From Podarcis filfolensis (taxonomy: Eukaryota): 64,000 bases of DNA. The notes beneath the pieces were generated by a model that was given only the letters and a program-made list of their open reading frames with translations, did no database searches and was not told the DNA's origin. Positions 1-11,970 of the stretch are shown piece by piece. The translations under genes and the position numbers were made by a program. The stretch's first letter is position 1, and each line of letters starts with the position of its first letter. The stretch lies in the NCBI GenBank assembly GCA_964270895.1, contig OZ185436.1; one strand, 5' to 3'.

Positions 1-400
1 TTACGTGAACAATGAAAGAAAAAATAATATATACATATATATATTAAAAACCTAAAATCTACCCCACACACCCCAGAAAGAACATAATTCAATCAGAACA
101 TCACACAACTAATTAACATTAAGCCTGGGAGGTCAAGTGGGGTAGAGGGGGAGATCTTTGGGCCTTTCTAAAAAGCCTAGGATGCAGAAGTTTAATGTAG
201 GTCCATTGGAAAGAAAATACATAGACAGGGGGCCAACATAGGGAAGAAACTTTCCCTTGTGGTAACCAGCCTTCAGAATATAAGAAGCATCCTGCTTTCA
301 CAGTGGCCAACCAGATGCCTATGGGAAACCTGAAAGTACAACAGGATTCTTCTCACTTGTCATTCCCAGCAACTTGTATTTAGAGGCATTTAGTCTCTAA

Positions 401-745
401 CGCGGGCGGCACTGGGTTAAACCACAGAGCCTAGGGCTTGCCGATCGGAAGGCTGGCGGTTTGAATCCCTGCAATGGGGTGAGCTCCCGTTGCTCAGTCC
501 CTGCTCCTGCCAACCTAGCAGTCTGAAAGCATGTCAAAGTGCAAGTAGATAAATAGATACCGCTCCGGTGGGAAGGTAAACGGCATTTCTGTGTGCTGCT
601 CTGGTTTGCCAGAAGTGGCTTAGTCATGCTGGCCACATGACCCGGAAGCTGTACACCGGCTCCCTCGGCCAATAAAGCAAGATGAGTGGCGCAACCCCAG
701 AGTCGGTCACGACTGGACCTAATGGTCAGGGGTTCCTTTACCTTT
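401..745 (+). mobile_element. Sauria SINE, nearly full length
   Basis: tRNA-like head, GGAAGGTAAACGGC core, (ACCTTT)n tail; TSD TTTAGTCTCTAAC at ~389-401 and 743-755. Confidence 0.9.
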
Positions 746-974
746 AGTCTCTAACAATGGAGGCAGAACTTAGCCATTATGCCAAGTAGCCACTGATAGC
801 TTCAACCTAATGTAACGTCAATCTGTCTAGTTATATTTTAAAGCCATCTAAGTTAGTGGCCAGCAATGGCTCCTGTGGAAGCAAGATCCGTAGCTTAGCC
901 TTCCACCGTGTGAGGAAGTACTTTGTTTGGTCTGCCCAAAATCTTCCAACATTCAGCATCTGTCCCCCCAAATT

Positions 975-1109
975 CAGGCTTCCTCAAACTCGGCCCTCCA
1001 GATGTTTTTGGCCTACAACTCCCATGATCCCCAGCTAACAGGACCAGTGGTCAAGGATGATGGGAATTGTAGTCTCAAAACATCTGAAGGCCGAGTTTAA
1101 GGAAGCCTG
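975..1109. mobile_element. Palindromic hAT MITE (~135 bp)
   Basis: TIR CAGGCTTCCTCAAACTCGGCC; 8-bp TSD CCCAAATT/CCCAAGTT. Confidence 0.85.
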
Positions 1110-2433
1110 CCCAAGTTCTAGTATTATGAGAGAGAGGAAGGAAAACCTATCACTAGCCACTTTCTCCACACCATATATGATTGCATACATTTCTATCATG
1201 TTGCCTCTTTCTCACCTTCTCTCGAAAACTAAAAAGCCTCTAGAAGCTGTAACCTTTCCTCAAAGGGAAGTTTCTCCATCCCTTGATCAGTTCTGTTGCC
1301 CTTTCCTAAACCCTTTCCAGCTCTACAATAGCTTTTTTGAGGTAAGGCGGCCAGAATTATACACATTACTCCAAGTGCAGCTGCACCGTAGATTTGCATA
1401 ATGGCATTATAACATTGCCAGTTTTATTTCCAATCCCTTTCCAAATGATTCCTAGCATGGCATTGACATTTTTCTCAGCCACTGCACTCTGGGCTGACAT
1501 CTTCCTTGAGCTATCCTCAATGACCCCAAAGTCTTATTGTTTCCAGTTCAGACCCCAAGAGTCCGCGAAATTTAGTTTTTTTGTGGATCATTTTGCACTT
1601 GCTTATAGTAACTTGCATTTCCATTTTACTACCAGTTTACTCAGCCTGGAGAAATTCTTTTAGAGCTCTTCACAAACCTCAACAACTTTGGCCTGAACCC
1701 CCCAAAATGGAACTTTCCTCCCTAAAAAAAAGCTTAACAACTTTGAACCGAGCCCCCCCCCAAAAAAGGGTAGATCACTGTCATATTTTTTTTTCTGTGA
1801 GTAGTTTGCAGTCTCTTGGGAGTTGGACATCCCTGCTCTAGATCATTCAGGAACAAGTAAAAACGCACAAGTCCTTTATTGTTCTATGGGATTTACTATA
1901 CCTTGCATGGGCACACATAGGGATGGCTACTAAGCTATTCAGGATGCCCTTTCTGTCTTACAATGTTTAAGATATTGTTCTATGATTGTGTTTCTAACCT
2001 GCTTATCATGTGACATACTGAGATTCAGGATACAGATAATCCAAAAAGGAGAAAGAAAGGCTTTCACATGTTACTCTACAATTGAGCAACTGAGACCATT
2101 TATTCAGCTATTTTAGAAGTATTTTCAGATTTGGTTCTACTTGTACTGTAGTTTTTATGCAAATACAATTTCTTCCGGCATTCAGGATGTCTCACCTGCT
2201 TTGAAAGTAATGTAATTTATTTCTTTTATATATTTATATACCGCCTTTCTGCCAAGGGAGTATGTAAATATATACATTTATACTGTATTTTATTGTGTGT
2301 CTGTGCGTGTGTGTGTGTGGTCTATGCACATCCTTGAAATGTGAAAACTTCCCTAATTATTTTGCTGTTTTTATAGGAGACAGTTGAATTGCTACCAGCC
2401 AGGCATTATATATGAAAGGGTCATTCAACATAA

Positions 2434-2495
2434 TATTTAGATACAGTATTATTACAGTATTATTTAGATACAGTATTATTACAGTATTATTTAGA
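2434..2495 (+). repeat. 27-bp tandem duplication
   Basis: TATTTAGATACAGTATTATTACAGTAT twice plus a partial copy. Confidence 0.85.
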
Positions 2496-2799
2496 ATTCT
2501 GTATCCATGAATCACCATATGAACAATTCATACAACATAGCTGTATACATAAGACACTAAGAAGTACTCTCAGCACATGTCTGCTTGACTCGTTTTGGGC
2601 TAGCAACTGAAGAATTATAAAGAACTATTTGCAAGGCAAACCAGGAAGGTAGTTCTACACTACTTAAAAGTCTTCATCAAAAGCTCTTATCACATCACCT
2701 ACTTCCCTCTGACCCTGTCATTATCACACTCTATACCAATAAAAGCAATAGATCCTACACTTCCTTAGTGCTGCATAACTTCAGGTCACAATACAATTA

Positions 2800-3926
2800 C
2801 CGTATTTTCCCCTCTATAACACGCAGATTTTTTCTCCTAAAAAGTAAGGGGAAATGTCTGTGCGTGTTATTGAGCGAATGTGTGGTCCCTGGAGCTGACA
2901 GGCGCGAGTGAAGTCAAAAATCAGGCAAATATCAAATCGTCCGTCCGGAGAAGGGAAGCCTTGAAAAGAGGAAGCTGCTGCTTTCCTGCATTCTGCCTCA
3001 GGGTCTTACTGCCCACCCGCTTCTGTTTCCTTACTGTGTTTGCTCAAACGGCACAAAGAGCAGAGAAAACCCCTCCCCTCCAGGCAAGCAGAGGGGAAAG
3101 CAGAGTGTCCTTCCTTCTAATTCCTCTCCGTGCGTCTAGGGACTCGCAGGCAACATGCAGGTGGGAGGGAGAGAGAGAGAGAGAGAGAGCTGGCTGGCTG
3201 GCTTGGGTGGGTGGTTGGGGGGAATTTTTGCCTTCCTTTCCTCCCTCTGGTAAAACCCCTCTCCTGCATTCTTAGCCAGCTGCTTCTCCGCACACCCCTC
3301 TCGGTGCTCCTTGTCCCTTCTATGTTTTTCCTTCCCTCCCCACTTAAAACGTGGTTCCAATCACGGATCCACATGGATCCTCAGGATCTTTGCATTGAGT
3401 CACCCCAAATTCACCATCAGATCACATAGCAATGATCTGATGCAAAAACAGGGCTGCAGTGGTGCAAAAACGTGGTTACAAAGCACGGATCCACATGGAT
3501 CCTCAGGATCTTTGCATTGGGCTACCCCAAATTCACCATCAGATCACATAGCAATGATCTGATGCAAAAACAGGGCTGCAATGGTGCAAAAACGTGGTTA
3601 CAAAGCACGGATCCACATGGATCCTCAGGATCTTTGCATTGGGTCACCCCAAATTCACCATCAGATCACATAGCAATGATCTGATGCAAAAACAGGGCTG
3701 CAATGGTGCAAAAACGTGGTCACAAAGCATGGATCCACATGGATCCTCAGGATCTTTGCATTGGGCTACCCCAAACTCACCGTCAAATCACATGTCTGTG
3801 GCCGCAACATGAAGCACAAAAATGATACAGCCACTGTTTCATTCAGAATTTTTTTTCCTTGTTTTCCTCCTCTAAAAACTATGTGCGTGTTATGGTCAGG
3901 TGCGTGTTATCGAGCGAAAAATACGG
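2800..3926. mobile_element. Non-autonomous Tc2-like (TcMar) DNA element with an internal 122-bp tandem array
   Basis: TA-flanked CCGTATTTT...AAAATACGG ends; subterminal ATAACACGCA motifs at both ends. Confidence 0.85.
3346..3795 (+). repeat. 122-bp tandem repeat, about 3.6 copies
   Basis: CA(C/T)GGATCCACATGGATCC recurs at ~3362, 3484, 3606 and 3728; the ORF track starts 3472/3594/3716 are spaced by 122. Confidence 0.95.
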
Positions 3927-3954
3927 TACCTGAAACTACAAGTAAGAACTTGAA

Positions 3955-4318
3955 GGGACGCGGGTGGCGCTGTGGGTAAAACCTCAGTGCCTAGGACTTG
4001 CCGATCATCAGGTCGGCGGTTCGAATCCCCGCAGCGGGGTGCGCTCCCGTTGCTCGGTCCCAGCGCCTGCCAACCTAGCAGTTCGAAAGCACCCCTGGGT
4101 GCAAGTAGATAAAGAGGGACCACTTACTAGCGGGAAGGTAAACGGCGTTTCCGTGTGCTGCGCTGGCTCGCCAGATGCAGCTTGTCACGCTGGCCACGTG
4201 ACCCGGAGGTGTCTGCGGACAGCGCTGGCTCCCGGCCTATAGAGTGGGATGAGCGCACAACCCTAGAGTCTGGCAAGACTGGCCCGTACGGGCAGGGGTA
4301 CCTTTACCTTTACCTTTA
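3955..4318 (+). mobile_element. Sauria SINE, full length
   Basis: GGGACGCGGGTGGCGCTGTGG head with B-box GGTTCGAATCC; (ACCTTT)n tail; TSD TACAAGTAAGAACT at 3937-3950 and 4317-4330. Confidence 0.92.
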
Positions 4319-5061
4319 CAAGTAAGAACTACCACAAAAGGTACAAGCTGAAACTGAATGATGATTGGTAACCTGAAAAAAAGTTTTTATCTAGAAGTAA
4401 GCTGGACTGTTCTCCCTTAGCTATCCCTTACTCATTTTACATCGAGTCTTTAACACTGTGAGCCATTCTGGCATGGGCCTATCTTAATTCTTCATACATA
4501 ATAGTTGTACAAAGGAATGCCATTGTTAAGGCATACAGTATTTACTTTTCTAAGAGCACTTCATTTTTGGTATTGCAGAGTAAACAACTCTCAGTTCAAC
4601 TGTTCTTCTGAAATTAAGAAATTTAACAGAATAAATGAGCTCTTGCCTCCACCTCCTTTAAATACTATTTGTATTAACATACCACTCCATACAGTCAAGC
4701 TGGTAGCCATTCAAGTCTCTCTCCTACGAAAACAGCAGAACAGTTAGGAAAACTGTCATAATTCAAGGATGTACTAAACCAATAAGGCCCCCAAAACTTG
4801 TCAAAATATACACCAAATAACTATTCAGGCAAGATTGTGACAAAACCATCGCACAATTACTGTAGAAGACAACTGTGTGCAAAAGTGGTTTATGAGGGTT
4901 GTTCGCCAACAAACCACAGGCAGAGAAGGAGGACTTCACTTGCAATAGTTGTTCCGTGCAGGCCCACGCCACTCCATCCATAACATGCTTCTGATTTATA
5001 TTTCCCTGCACCGATCAACATCTCAGAGTCTCTCCAAGCACAATGTTATAATGGCTCAATA

Positions 5062-5292
5062 CAGTAGTACCTCAGGTTAAGTACTTAATTTGTTCCGGAG
5101 GTCCGTTCTTAACCTGATATACTTAAACTGAAGCACCACTTTAGCTAATGGGGCCTCCCGCTGCCGCCGGAGCATGATTTCTGTTCTCATCCTGAAGCAA
5201 AGTTCTTAACCTTAGGTACTATTTCTGTGTTAGTGGAGTCTATAACCTGAAGCATATGTAACCTGAAGCGTATGTAACCCGAGGTACCACTG
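5062..5292 (+). mobile_element. Tigger/pogo-like MITE, family A
   Basis: TA-flanked CAGT(A/G)GTACCTC...GAGGTACCACTG TIRs; shares its interior with five other copies in the window. Confidence 0.85.
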
Positions 5293-6371
5293 TACTGAAC
5301 TTGCTTAAAAATAAAGAGGCATGTTCTCTAGTTTGGGGCCTCAAATCAAGGATTTACATAAAGTCCCTGCACCCCTCCCTTTCTGAAAACAGGGGAACAA
5401 ATCAGGAAGCCACAGTGAACCACAGCCTCCCATTACACTGGGACTGAGAAACTATGCTTAATCATGGAGCAAGCCAGGATATTAAGCCATGGTTTCAAAA
5501 GCTTCCTGGCTTGCTTTCCTACTCACCCAAAAGAGGAAGTGAAGGAGGTTCTTGTGGGTGCAGAAGGTGAATTTATATCTTGGCTTCTAAAGCCAAGATT
5601 CAATCCTCCAAATGCAAACATTGTCAATTGCCAGAAGTGGTAGAGGCTTGTCATTTCTTTGTAGACCGCCTTCTCTCACTCCCCCTTTCATATCAAGTTC
5701 AGTCCAAGAAGCAAGGAATGTCTGTGGGGGATCCTTCACAGATTGCACAAAATACGCAATTCTCGGGAGATTTAAAGAGAGGAAGGAGACGAGGAGAGAG
5801 GCTAACTCTACCACACACCCCATTCATCCCTTAAAAAAACCCAAATATTTGAAGATAAACAGGAGTGTCTAATACAGGACCATTGGAAGGAACAAATGGT
5901 CAGATGATTCATAAGCAATGCAAACCACCACTCAAAAAATAGCAAAGAAACCTGCAGGGCACAGGAAACACAGAAGGAAGAGCATCTAGATCTATTTTTT
6001 GTTTGTTTTGGAACATCTTAGATATAAAGATCCCTTTTCAACTGAAGTTATTTTTCAGAATGCTCATTTTGGAAAAACAACGTCATTCCTTAGCAGTCAC
6101 ATGCAAACCTCTGGCTGGTCATTTGATTCTTTCATTGCCTGAAACTTTCTAGTATACCAAGATTATACCTGACACTCTGAAAACTCTTATCAGTTATGAG
6201 AAATCACCACATGCGTTAAAGGAACACTGAACAAAAGCAAAGACCATCATGACTGATACTTTGGCATCACTATTTTAAAAAAAGGCACACATGTATTTCT
6301 ATTTGCTCACACTTCACCACTACGTACAGACATAAAGCATTCAAAGGGGGGAAATTCAGATGCTTTAATTT

Positions 6372-6373
6372 AT

Positions 6374-6418
<45 letters not shown>

Positions 6419-6725
6419 TTATTTATTTATTTATTTATTTATTTATACCCCGCCCATCTGGCTGGGTATAAAAATATTAAAATACTGTAATACATCAAAC
6501 ATTAAAAGCTTCCCTAAACAGGGCTGCCTTCAGATGTCTTCTAAAAGTCTTGGTAGTTGTTGTTCTCTTTGACATCTGGTGGGAGGGCGTTCCACAGGGT
6601 GGGTGCCACTACCGAGAAGGCCCTCTGCCTGGTTCCCTGTAACTTGGCTTCTCACAGTGAGGGAACCGCCAGAAGGCCCTTGGCGCTGAACGATGGAAGT
6701 GGAGACACTCCTTCAGGTATACTGA
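6372..6725 (-). mobile_element. L2 LINE 3' end with (TAA)n/(TAAA)n tail
   Basis: Matches the L2 3' ends at 7078, 20452 and 30233 in reverse orientation; the tail appears as (AAT)n(ATTT)n. Confidence 0.8.
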
Positions 6726-7077
6726 AGGATTAATTTGAATTCATTGCAGAAATAAAAACCCTACAGGAGTAAATGTGATGTTAAGTGATAGCAGCATTCA
6801 GAGTCATCAACAAGAACATACATGAACATATGAAGCTACTTCATACCAAGGCAGTTCTTTGGACTATCTAACCTGGGTCTGCTATTCCTGCACTCATCAT
6901 GACCTGGACAGTGTTAGAAACTGAGATATGAAAACTAGGAGCTACAAATGGCACCTTAAACCTAGGTTCTGGGCACAACAACGGAATGTCTAGGCACACT
7001 TTTTTATAACAGGAATATAAAGCTGAAAATGAATGAACTGCAGCTAAAATATTACATTCATTTTTCACACCCTCCCT

Positions 7078-7270
7078 TCAGATGTCAAGGAAATAAACAA
7101 CTATCTGACTTTTAGAAGACATTTGAAGGCAGTCCTGTTTAGGGAAGTTTTTAATGATTGATGTTTTAGTATGTTCTGATATATGTTGTGAGCCGCCCAG
7201 AGTGGCTGGGGAAACCCAGCCAGATGGATGGGGTATAAATAATAATAATTATGAATATTATTATTATTGA
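7078..7270 (+). mobile_element. L2 LINE 3' end
   Basis: TTTTAGAAGACAT...GCCCAGAGTGGCTGGGGAAACCCAGCCAGATGG...(AAT)n tail. Confidence 0.8.
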
Positions 7271-10200
7271 GTGTATTTTTAATGGTGGCAGTCAAGTAGC
7301 AGAATGCCCTTTCCCTAAAAGGGCTTTCTTTGCACCTATGCTCTGGTCTTTTTCAGCAGCAGGTAAGCATTATATTTTTATTTTCTCGGGATTTTAATAT
7401 TAATAACATATTTAATGATCTATAGAGCTGGTAAGATATAGTTTATAATCTGAAACTTTAGATGCTGCTATGCATTTGTTTTCATTTCTGTTTCTGATTT
7501 ATATCCTATATTTAAACACGTTATGATTGTGGTTTTAGAATTCTGTGTAATTTTTATCTCTTTAGCTCCCCAAAGAATGTTTCTGTCATTGGAAAGGATA
7601 AAAAATTATTCATTCATAACAGTTTTAAGCTCTCAAGCAGTCATTTTTTCCAGGCCTGCTATTCAACATCCATTTTACTTGAAAATGCCTGAAGTATATC
7701 TAGGAACCTTGCCACATGCAAAACATATACTTGGAGGAATCCAATGGGCAAGCAACAAATCACCAATATTTTACAGCAAAATATTTAACTACTGTAACTA
7801 ATTTAACTAAGTCTCACAAGTTGCACAATTTTACTCCGAGAAGCCAATCCTGGGCATTTGTTTATGACATCTACAAGTATATTAACTTTCTACATTAGGA
7901 CCACATTTTAAAATTTTGGCTTAACATAACTGGAAAACACAAGTTCGTTTTTTCATTTGCACCTGCAGTACAGTCAGCCAAGCATGTGCAAACAAGGTAT
8001 AAATAGATTTTGCTGCTTTCCAAGCCACATGAACAAGCATTGCATGGATCTACAGTAACCCATTCACTTTACGGAGAGCAATACATAATGGCTTAACAAC
8101 TAACTTCTACATGATTACTAAATGGTACATACTTAAGACAAAAGTAACAAAATAGTGAAAACACTACAGCAACAGCATCTATGCATAGGTGCTGGTGCTA
8201 CTTTGCCTCCTGGTGTACATTTGGAAGTTTGACACACTAGCAGTGATGAGTAAAATCTAAGTGAGAGGATCCTTACTTAAAGCTTGTCAATAAGTAATAT
8301 GCAACCAATAGCTGTCACTGAAATTTCTATTTAAATCACAATTTATGCTCCACACAGCATCTTTATGAAGCTGGTTTGCCACACACAAAAATATATCAGG
8401 CAGGGCCAGGAACTTTATTCCCATCTCCTAATCCTAAAGGACTGACCACTTAGTAATAAAGATGTTACTTGCTAATTAAAAGGTAAAACCTGAGGTGTAC
8501 ATATACTATGTACAAAAATCATACTAAAAATGTGTGTAGCTTACCTACCTTGATCCAGTTACATTGTAGCATATTATTGATTTCCATGGCATTCAATTTA
8601 TTTTTCAGTTCAAAGCCACACACTGCACTAGAAAAATATTTCTTGTCCCTAGGCACCAGTATTAAAGAGAATAACCAGGTGCTTGGTACACAATGCAGAG
8701 ATTTTTTTTTCTAAATTGAAAGTAACACCAATGATACCCAAGATTACTACTGCTTGCAACAGTATAAACTGTTACAATAAGTAAACAAAGCACATGCGAA
8801 CAGCATATCAGCTGTGCAGGGTCACAGTCCAGCTCATATTTTAAACTAAGTGTTGTAGGGATTGAACCTGGCACTTATCACCTGCCAGCAACCACTATGC
8901 CAGGCTGCTGTAGGGGAGAGAGGAGAAAAGATGGAAGGCCAACTATCTGTCCTGCTAAGAAGCCAGGCTCTTCCCTCCATCAATTTCTACCTAGCAACAG
9001 TATTTACATCAGGTAAATAGGATGCAGAGGATGAAAGAGAAAGGATGCTGGACTACTCCACTGGCCCAGCTGCGAGACCTGCACTTTAAGTGCTTCCTCT
9101 CCTTGAACTTTTCCATTCCTGTAGGTCATTAGATCTTTTATGTCAGATCTTGAACCTGACTTTGTTTATTTCCTCCTCCCTCCCGGTTTTCCTTTTGTGT
9201 TGTGTCTTATTAGACTGTGCATTTGAGGCCAGGGACAGTATTTTTCATGATATGCAAAGCTATTCTGGGAGCCTTTTTTGGCTGGAGAGTAGGAGGGGGA
9301 AAAATACTTTAATAAATAAACCCCATGCATTCAAAGCATCAAAGGGCCAACCTGCACGTGATGCTCAGTTGTGTGATTCTTCCCCTTGAAGTTTGATTTT
9401 GGTTTTGTTGTTGTTTTAATGAAAAGCATCCTTGAATATTGTGAACAGAAGAGATGTGTGAGGTGGTCTGCTTGACCATTTCACTTCTTGCTCTATGTCC
9501 AGTCAAAATCTGCCTTCCTAGCTGCTTTCCCAACACAGAGGAAATATACCAAGCATGGACTATATTGCTTTTATCACTGATCACACTATGCTTCTTCTCA
9601 GCTTTTCTAGAAATTGGGTAGATATCACTGTACACGCTCTTCAAAAATCAGTAATATTATGAACAGTGGTATCTACCCATTTTCTAAAAAGCGCACAATT
9701 TGATAAGTAACAAAGGCAATAACATGATACGGTAGCAACAAAGTCTAAAATGTGATATAAATAATGTGGCACTCACCACTGATGTTTAAGATGCTGACTT
9801 TTCAGTGAAGGACTATTTGGTTACACCACCTGTTGCTTTAACTGACATTTTCATCCATCAGTCCTGAAGACAATCACTGTCCAATTCCAGGGAGTACAGA
9901 CTATCCACATCTTAGGCATTTATCTAGGCTTCATGTTACATGATTAACATGTGACAGCTACCCACTAAGGAAGTTAGCATGCTGCCCCAGAGAAGGGGAG
10001 CGTTGAAAACAATACAAGGAACCTTTCAGAAGTCCAGGCATTACTACAGCGTAAGAATCACCTTGGCCAGAATTCTAGAGTTTAACAGCAGCCCAACCAA
10101 TTCCATGAGGAAGCTCCCAGGCAAGATACTAAAGCCCTGCCACATCACCCTCTGCTCCACACAAAACAGCATTTATCCTCTGAGTTATGGGACATACCAG

Positions 10201-10348
10201 GCTCTCTTGCAGGTTCTCACTCTGGCAGCTTCACACCACTGTCACTGTGTCAGCCTGCTCCCTCAGCGTTTTTCTTCCACTTATGTCCACTTCCTTCCAC
10301 CCCACTTGCATTGACATAAGCCACTTCCATGGGGGCTCAATGCTGCTA

Positions 10349-10579
10349 CAGTGATACCTCGGGTTAAGTATTTAATTCGTTCCGGAGGTCTGTTCTTAAT
10401 CTGAAACTGTTCTTAACCTGAAGCACAACTTTAGCTAATGGGGCCTCCCGTTGCTGCCGCGCAATTTCTGTTCTCATCCTGAAGCAAAGTTCTTAAACCG
10501 AGGTAATATTTCTGGGTTAGCGGAGTCTGTAACCTGAAGCGTATGTAACCTGAAGCGTATGTAACCCGAGGTACCACTG
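10349..10579 (+). mobile_element. Tigger-like MITE, family A
   Basis: TA TSD and CAGTG(A/G)TACCTCGGGTTA TIRs. Confidence 0.85.
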
Positions 10580-10589
10580 TACTTCTTTG

Positions 10590-11680
10590 TGTCGTCGTCC
10601 CCCAACTGCCACACCCAAACCTGCACCAGCGAAGTTGACTCATCTCCCTCCCCAAAACTTTCATCCTCCCATCCCGCCAACACCCCCGGACGCCACTCCT
10701 CCGAAACACATACACATCCCCCTCCTCATTTCTTTTTCTTCTTCTCTCTCACGTGCGGAAGCGGACCCCCTCCCCTTGGGACCCTTCCTGGCGGCTCTGC
10801 AGCAGCAGCAGCCCCCCGCCCCGCTCCTTCCCACCTCCTCCTCCTCACTCACCTCCTCGGCCTGCTTCCGCAGCGCCTTCTCCCGCTCGTACTGGGTGAG
10901 GAGCTGCTCGTTGTCGTCCCGCAGCAGCTCCAGCTCCACGCTGGTCTCCTGGCTGTGCGCGCAGACCGAGTCCAGGTTCTCCAGCACGGCCACCACCAGC
11001 GGCATCAGCTCGGCCACCACCTCCTCGTCGTAGCGCCCGATGAGCCGCTCGAACTCGCGGTAGATGGAGCCCGCCAGACCCGACACCCGCTCCGACATCA
11101 TGGCCGGGCCGGGGCCGCCCGGGTCCTCCTGGTACACCACGCCGTCCGCCAGCTCCATGGCCTCGCAGCGCAGGGCAGCACGGGCCGGCCGAAGAGGAGG
11201 CGAAAAGCCCCTGGCAGGAGAAAGAAGAAGCAGAGGAGGAGCAGCAGCACCGCCCGCCCGCCTGCCTCCCTCTGCAGCGGGGCCTTGATTACAGCTCAGC
11301 GCGAACAGGAGGGAAGCTTGGGTGACAGGCGCGCGGCACTGACCTCACCCACGGCGCCGGAGTGGAGGGAGGGGGCGCGGGGCAGTGACGTGTGTCGGTG
11401 GGCGGAGGCACTGGCGCCCCCGAGTATTCGAAGAATTGGGGCGAGGGGCGGGGCTAAGGCTGATTGACGTGTGGTGAGCGTGGGACTGGGCGGGGCCCCA
11501 GGACACGGGCGTGGCCGTGGCGCTGTCAGTGAGAGGGAAAATAGGGCAACGAGGGAGGCTAGGCCTCCTCTGACATCCTCAGGTCCAGCCGGTGGGTCTT
11601 TTTTCTTCAGGCGCAAGCGCCACAGGGAGGTTTCCATCCACATAAAGAGTGACAAGAGCGTTGTGGCACCGTGAGGACTG
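10590..11680. promoter_or_regulatory. SPAG9: CpG island / SPAG9 promoter, possibly bidirectional
   Basis: High GC and CpG density around exon 1; GGGGCGGGGC boxes at ~11445 and ~11488; TGACGTGT at ~11386 and ~11465; NRF1-like GCGCAAGCGC at ~11611. Confidence 0.85.
10853..11158 (-). CDS. SPAG9: SPAG9 (JIP4/JLP) first coding exon, RH1/N-terminal coiled-coil domain
   Basis: [63 protein letters not shown]...[12 protein letters not shown]; good Kozak GCCATGG; donor GAG|GTGAGT; 102 codons, phase 0. Confidence 0.97.
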
Positions 11681-11970
11681 GTCTAGGATGATGACACGAC
11701 AGCCCAACTTCCTCAGATGCAATCCTAAGCATGCTTCTTTGTATATAATGAAAACCTATTTATACTGGCTTTTGACCCCTTGCAAGGGGATCCCAAGAAG
11801 AAAACAAAATAAGATTTTTTCACATTGTGTATGTGTTATGTTGTCGTGTATGTTAATATATTTATTGCAGGCAACTAAGAAAATAAGAGATATTCAAGTC
11901 TGAAAACATTTCAGCTTCTGCTTTCTCCGGTTGCTCCGATGGGAATTAAAGGGTGCTGCCAAAAGGAAAA

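Larger units (their letters stand above)
320..1800 (-). mobile_element. CR1 LINE 3' fragment (degenerate ORF2 C-terminus plus 3' UTR), interrupted by two younger insertions
   Basis: The reverse strand of ~1130-1550 reads as a decayed CR1 ORF2 tail (DLGV..., AMLGIIWKGI, HLE*CV*FWPPYLKK, RGNMIEMY-like). CR1-type 3' sequence continues to the left across the insertions. Confidence 0.75.

Noticed and set aside
3346-3795. Regularly spaced palindromic repeats resembling a CRISPR array
   Set aside because: The whole 122-bp unit repeats with no unique spacers, it lies inside a eukaryotic MITE, and there are no cas genes.
1-10852. SPAG9 exon 2 (expected KFIEFED...)
   Set aside because: No matching minus-strand exon was recognised; it probably lies beyond the left edge.
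10589-11467. 292-aa plus-strand ORF and other long ORFs over the CpG island
   Set aside because: Antisense shadow of SPAG9 exon 1 in stop-poor GC-rich DNA; low-complexity product; no ATG start.
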